From the NCBI GenBank assembly GCA_947085985.1, contig CAMTYL010000004.1:61547-125546 (forward strand): DNA of 64,000 nt, read 5' to 3'. The position numbers and the translations under genes were made by a program. Source of the DNA: an uncultured bacterium. Its GTDB lineage: Bacteria; Patescibacteriota; Minisyncoccia; Phycocordibacterales; Phycocordibacteraceae. Below the pieces are notes generated by a model. That model was given only the letters and a program-made list of their open reading frames with translations. It had not been told where the DNA came from and ran no database searches. Each line of letters starts with the position of its first letter. The first letter of the stretch is position 1. Positions 60,640 through 64,000 of the stretch are shown here, piece after piece.

Positions 60640-60864
60640 TCAGTGTTTTTTCTTCTCCTTGTTGCGGAAGGGGCGCCACCCAAGAATCAGCGCGAAGCCG
60701 ACACCGATGGCGCCAACAGTGCCGACAATCCGGACAACGTGGCCCGTGATGGCCCAGGCGTTCTCCAGAAAACGCTGGACGCCTGCCTGGTCGAACATCG
60801 ACCAGAGCGTGGCGACCAGCACAAAAGCCAGAATGCCCGCAAAGATAATGAGAACGTTGCGCAT
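60640..60864 (-). CDS. small orphan membrane protein
   Basis: Two TMs; downstream of 60878-61081. Confidence 0.6.
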   Translation of the reverse strand: MRNVLIIFAGILAFVLVATLWSMFDQAGVQRFLENAWAITGHVVRIVGTVGAIGVGFALILGWRPFRNKEKKKH

Positions 60865-60877
60865 TTCTTCTGCCTCT

Positions 60878-61081
60878 CTATTTGTTGATGAGCCTGCGAC
60901 CCGTGAAGATCAGCAGGAGAAGGAAGAATCCGACCAACTGTGCCACCATAAGGAGGCACGGCCAGACGTAGACGAAAGGGTCACGACTTTTCAGGAGGGA
61001 CTTCCCGAACGCGCGACCCGCCTTGTCCACTAATGTCCAGGCGTTTTTAACGTCGGACCAGTAGCGCGTAGTAGCGTACAT
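60878..61081 (-). CDS. small orphan membrane protein
   Basis: TTGACA-17-TATCAT promoter, AGGAG SD, C-terminal TM. Confidence 0.55.
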   Translation of the reverse strand: MYATTRYWSDVKNAWTLVDKAGRAFGKSLLKSRDPFVYVWPCLLMVAQLVGFFLLLLIFTGRRLINK

Positions 61082-61311
61082 TCGTAGACTCCTATAGCCG
61101 CTTCAATATATATGATACTACTATATGCTGGTTTTGTCAACTAGCGCACCGTACGTTCTGGTTTATGTGAGGAAACGTTTGCAACAACCCATCTCAGTCC
61201 CCTGAAATAACAGAACGGTGTGCAGGATAGGGGAAACGTGGATTACCCTTTTTGGCCACGGATAATTTCTTCGTCGTCACAACTCGTGGTTCGCTTTTCT
61301 GTAAATACAAT

Positions 61312-62763
61312 CTACAAATGGGTATTCATTTTCTTTCCTTGTCTAAGAGTTACCGCGAAGGTTAGTCTCTCTCCCTCTCCAGAAACACCTATCTTTTCAA
61401 TGCCATGGGATATGCCCTCTGGACCCTGCACTACTCCACCGAGCGCCGAAGCGACTGATTCAGCGAGCCCGCCGTACGCTCCTACTGAACAAGAATCGAA
61501 TATAATACTTGGCTGCTCCACAAAAAAACGTTGCAAGTTCTCTGGACGAGCGCTCCCCAGTCTCTTTTTAGACAGCGTTTGGTCGTATCTGTTTCCGAGA
61601 TTCACCACTTCTTCCCTGCCATGAGCTCGAAGAATCGCAAACGTAATCTTGTGAGCGGCGCCATACTGCCTTTCGAGCGAAATAAATTGTTGCGCCAGTG
61701 CACGAGGCGAATCGACTTCTACGACGCGCAGATTTGAGCCATGTTCAGATATTTGCTCGGAGAAATCCTTGAGCATCTTTTCGGTCGGATAACGACTACT
61801 GAACGCATCATTCCAGTCGTACTGTGTTCCAATTAACACACCGTATGGAACGTGTGTATCACGAAGGTCGTACTGCTTTCTAAGCACTTCAATGGGGTAG
61901 TGATTGAAATTCACAATTCCAAAGCGCTCCTGGAGCTCCTTTGATGCACCCTTCGCGTGTCCTTCTAGTTCAAGTGTAGAGGTCACCCATCCACGCAGGT
62001 GTTTGTGGTGCGCCTGGCTCTTTTCTTTCTTAGGAGCCTCACGCAACCCTTCTCGTCGAAGATCAAATTGTGTGCCGGTTCTTGCGGCAACAGCTTGAGC
62101 AACTTCCTCAATCTCCTCATCAAGAATAATGTCCGAAAGAGCGGTATCAATATCGAAATCCATGTCGCTGTATGCGAACGACATTTCTTCACGTGCATCC
62201 TCATCCGTAAATCCTCGCTTTATAGCTTCGACCGCAGCCTTGTGGGCCATAAGTCGCAAGAGTATGGTCTCGGGCTGTCGTTCGCACAGCCACATAATTT
62301 TCGACAGTGCTGGCAAACGTAGCCCAAACCGATATGGCTCGGATGTATCATCGACCCAGTACGACGAAAAGTTTTCGTTACAAAAAGCCACAAGTTTCTG
62401 ATGCAGCGCTTCCTTCTTAGAACGGTATCCGTATTCTTCAAACCCATCAGCTCGCTCGTCGATAAAGGTGTAGGTGTCAGTGAGCACCATGATTACCTGG
62501 TCCGCAATATCAGGTATCTCTCGCTTGGCGAGCTCGAGAATCTCGTCCGAGTGGTCATACACCCACAGCAAATAGTCGTCCCAGCACTCAGTTTCAATGT
62601 GCTTATTTGGAAACTGAAGCAGGTACTCGAGGAATGAACGAGGATCATTACTCTTCCGTAACTGCTCTAGTAGCTCAGACTTAACTGTTTCCCAATTAAA
62701 TGGTCGCTCAGTTGCGGCGTTAGATTCAATCCGGGCATGATTCTTTGGCGCTCCTTCAGGCAT
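61312..62763 (-). CDS. hypothetical acidic protein
   Basis: Long ORF, TATACT just before ATG 62763; C-terminal RAHG...DSCSVG could be a His/Cys dyad. Confidence 0.75.
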   Translation of the reverse strand: MPEGAPKNHARIESNAATERPFNWETVKSELLEQLRKSNDPRSFLEYLLQFPNKHIETECWDDYLLWVYDHSDEILELAKREIPDIADQVIMVLTDTYTFIDERADGFEEYGYRSKKEALHQKLVAFCNENFSSYWVDDTSEPYRFGLRLPALSKIMWLCERQPETILLRLMAHKAAVEAIKRGFTDEDAREEMSFAYSDMDFDIDTALSDIILDEEIEEVAQAVAARTGTQFDLRREGLREAPKKEKSQAHHKHLRGWVTSTLELEGHAKGASKELQERFGIVNFNHYPIEVLRKQYDLRDTHVPYGVLIGTQYDWNDAFSSRYPTEKMLKDFSEQISEHGSNLRVVEVDSPRALAQQFISLERQYGAAHKITFAILRAHGREEVVNLGNRYDQTLSKKRLGSARPENLQRFFVEQPSIIFDSCSVGAYGGLAESVASALGGVVQGPEGISHGIEKIGVSGEGERLTFAVTLRQGKKMNTHL

Positions 62764-62792
62764 GAAAGAAGTATACCGTTGCGTAACAGGGC

Positions 62793-63013
62793 CTGGCTTG
62801 ATTCTCCACGCAGGCAATGCAGATTGCCTGCTTATCCCGCATACGACAAAAGCCCCTTTCGGGGCCTTTGTTTCGTGTGCGGGATAGGAGAACCAGCGAT
62901 TACGCTTTTCGGTCACAGATATCTGCTCGTCGTCACTCGCCGATTCCGCGACCCCGGCTCACGACCAAGCCTGCTGGCTTGGTGCCCGTTCCGCCTTTCG
63001 ATTCTCCTATCCC
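62793..63013. repeat. sense and antisense copies of the tRNA-Gly 3' end
   Basis: 62877-62892 is a direct copy; 62997-63013 and the interrupted 62798-62841 are inverted copies. Confidence 0.8.
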
Positions 63014-63059
63014 AGCCCAAAACATAGTCCTCGCACGCTCCGCGTTCTCGTCGTGATTT

Positions 63060-63133
63060 TGGTGCGGGATAGGAGAATCGAACTCCTGCTAACAGTTTGG
63101 AAAACTGTAGTTCTACCATTAAACTAATCCCGC
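63060..63133 (-). tRNA. tRNA-Gly(TCC)
   Basis: GCGGGATTAGTTTAATGGTAGAA...ACAGT-TTTCCAA-ACTGT...GGAGTTCGATTCTCCTATCCCGCACCA. Confidence 0.95.
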
Positions 63134-63210
63134 TTCAGAGACGAGAATAGCATACTTGCGGGGCCCTGTGGAGGGCTTTTCATTTTATAATTATGCTGTA
63201 TAATAGGCAT

Positions 63211-64000
63211 ATGTCAAAAAACCTACTTGCTTGGGCTGGTTTGCTGGTTGTGGCGACCCTCGTTGCCTACCTGGCGCTATATACCAATCTGTTTGATAAG
63301 CCGGGAGCAGCACCGGATAGCGATATTCACTATGGCTTCTTTGATGGATCTGGTTCCTTTGCTACTTCGCTTACTGCAAAGAATCAGCTTGCTGCTGTAG
63401 GCAGTCTCACTAGCCGACACGAGGCTCCACCTGAGAGCCTTTCTGGCGCCAAGGACAACTTGGGCGATGCAATCGTAAACATTATCTGCGCCTCTAAGGG
63501 AGGCGGCGTGAAGTCTATTTCTGGCTCTGGTGTGGTGATCAGCCCTGAGGGTATGATAATCACTAACGCGCACATTGCGCAGCTCTACCTCCTTGAAAAT
63601 CACCCGACTACGGGCAACGTAGTGTGTGTGGTGCGCACCGGTGCTCCCGCACGCACCGCGTACTTCGCAGAGCTTATTTATATTTCTAAACCGTGGGTGG
63701 AATCAAATAGCACCAGCCTCGTAGTGGCGAACCCTCGTGGAAACGGCAAGAACGACATTGCACTCCTTGTTATCACTCGCTCTGCAACGGGCGCTGCCCT
63801 TCCGGTTGAGTTTGCTCACGTACCCTTTGGTACCAATGCGCCAAAGATTGGTGATGCCGTCGCTATCGGCTCATACGGCGCACAGTCGCTTACTACCGCG
63901 CAGATTAAAGATTCATTGATGCCTACCCTTGTGCTTGGTTCAGTGCGCGACGTATACACTTTTGGTGGCAACACGGTGGACCTTCTTTCGCTTGGCGGTA
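63211..64000 (+). CDS. membrane-anchored trypsin-like serine protease, 3'-truncated by window edge
   Basis: ATG at 63211 after TATAAT; GSGVVISPEGMIITNAH, NDIALL. Confidence 0.85.
   Translation, partial: MSKNLLAWAGLLVVATLVAYLALYTNLFDKPGAAPDSDIHYGFFDGSGSFATSLTAKNQLAAVGSLTSRHEAPPESLSGAKDNLGDAIVNIICASKGGGVKSISGSGVVISPEGMIITNAHIAQLYLLENHPTTGNVVCVVRTGAPARTAYFAELIYISKPWVESNSTSLVVANPRGNGKNDIALLVITRSATGAALPVEFAHVPFGTNAPKIGDAVAIGSYGAQSLTTAQIKDSLMPTLVLGSVRDVYTFGGNTVDLLSLGG

Noticed and set aside
62764-62916. N-terminal extension of the 61312 ORF (likewise the listed extensions of nusA, comEC, rplF and HIT)
   Set aside because: These upstream starts run through terminators, repeats or neighbouring genes; the downstream ATGs fit better.
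61312-63060. Integrated prophage or island at tRNA-Gly
   Set aside because: The direct repeat is only about 185 bp from the tRNA, and no integrase or phage genes are present.

Overview
This is a chromosomal segment of a Patescibacteria (CPR, Parcubacteria-like) genome using genetic code 11. The assignment rests on a str-S10-spc ribosomal cluster lacking rpmD (uL30), a split ComEC, a type IV pilus/pseudopilin cluster, and AT-rich, SD-less or leaderless starts on native genes. Other housekeeping genes include infC-rpmI-rplT, nusA, clpP, rny, hup, recJ, rnhA, pgk, tpiA, ndk and tRNA-Gly(TCC). Five things stand out. (1) Seven intergenic copies of an unrecognised ~115-175 nt structured element show compensatory base changes and all fold best on the + strand; five abut the stop codon of a minus-strand gene and two lie in the nusA and rny leaders. 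(2) About 14 orphan or foreign single-gene inserts split the ribosomal and pilus operons and carry strong Shine-Dalgarno motifs that native genes lack; two of them look alphaproteobacterial. (3) A ~136 nt candidate ncRNA is bounded by its own promoter and terminator. (4) Sense and antisense copies of the tRNA-Gly 3' end lie in the tRNA trailer. (5) A CstR-like persulfide-response operon is present with its operator. All calls come from reading the sequence by eye; no database searches were run.
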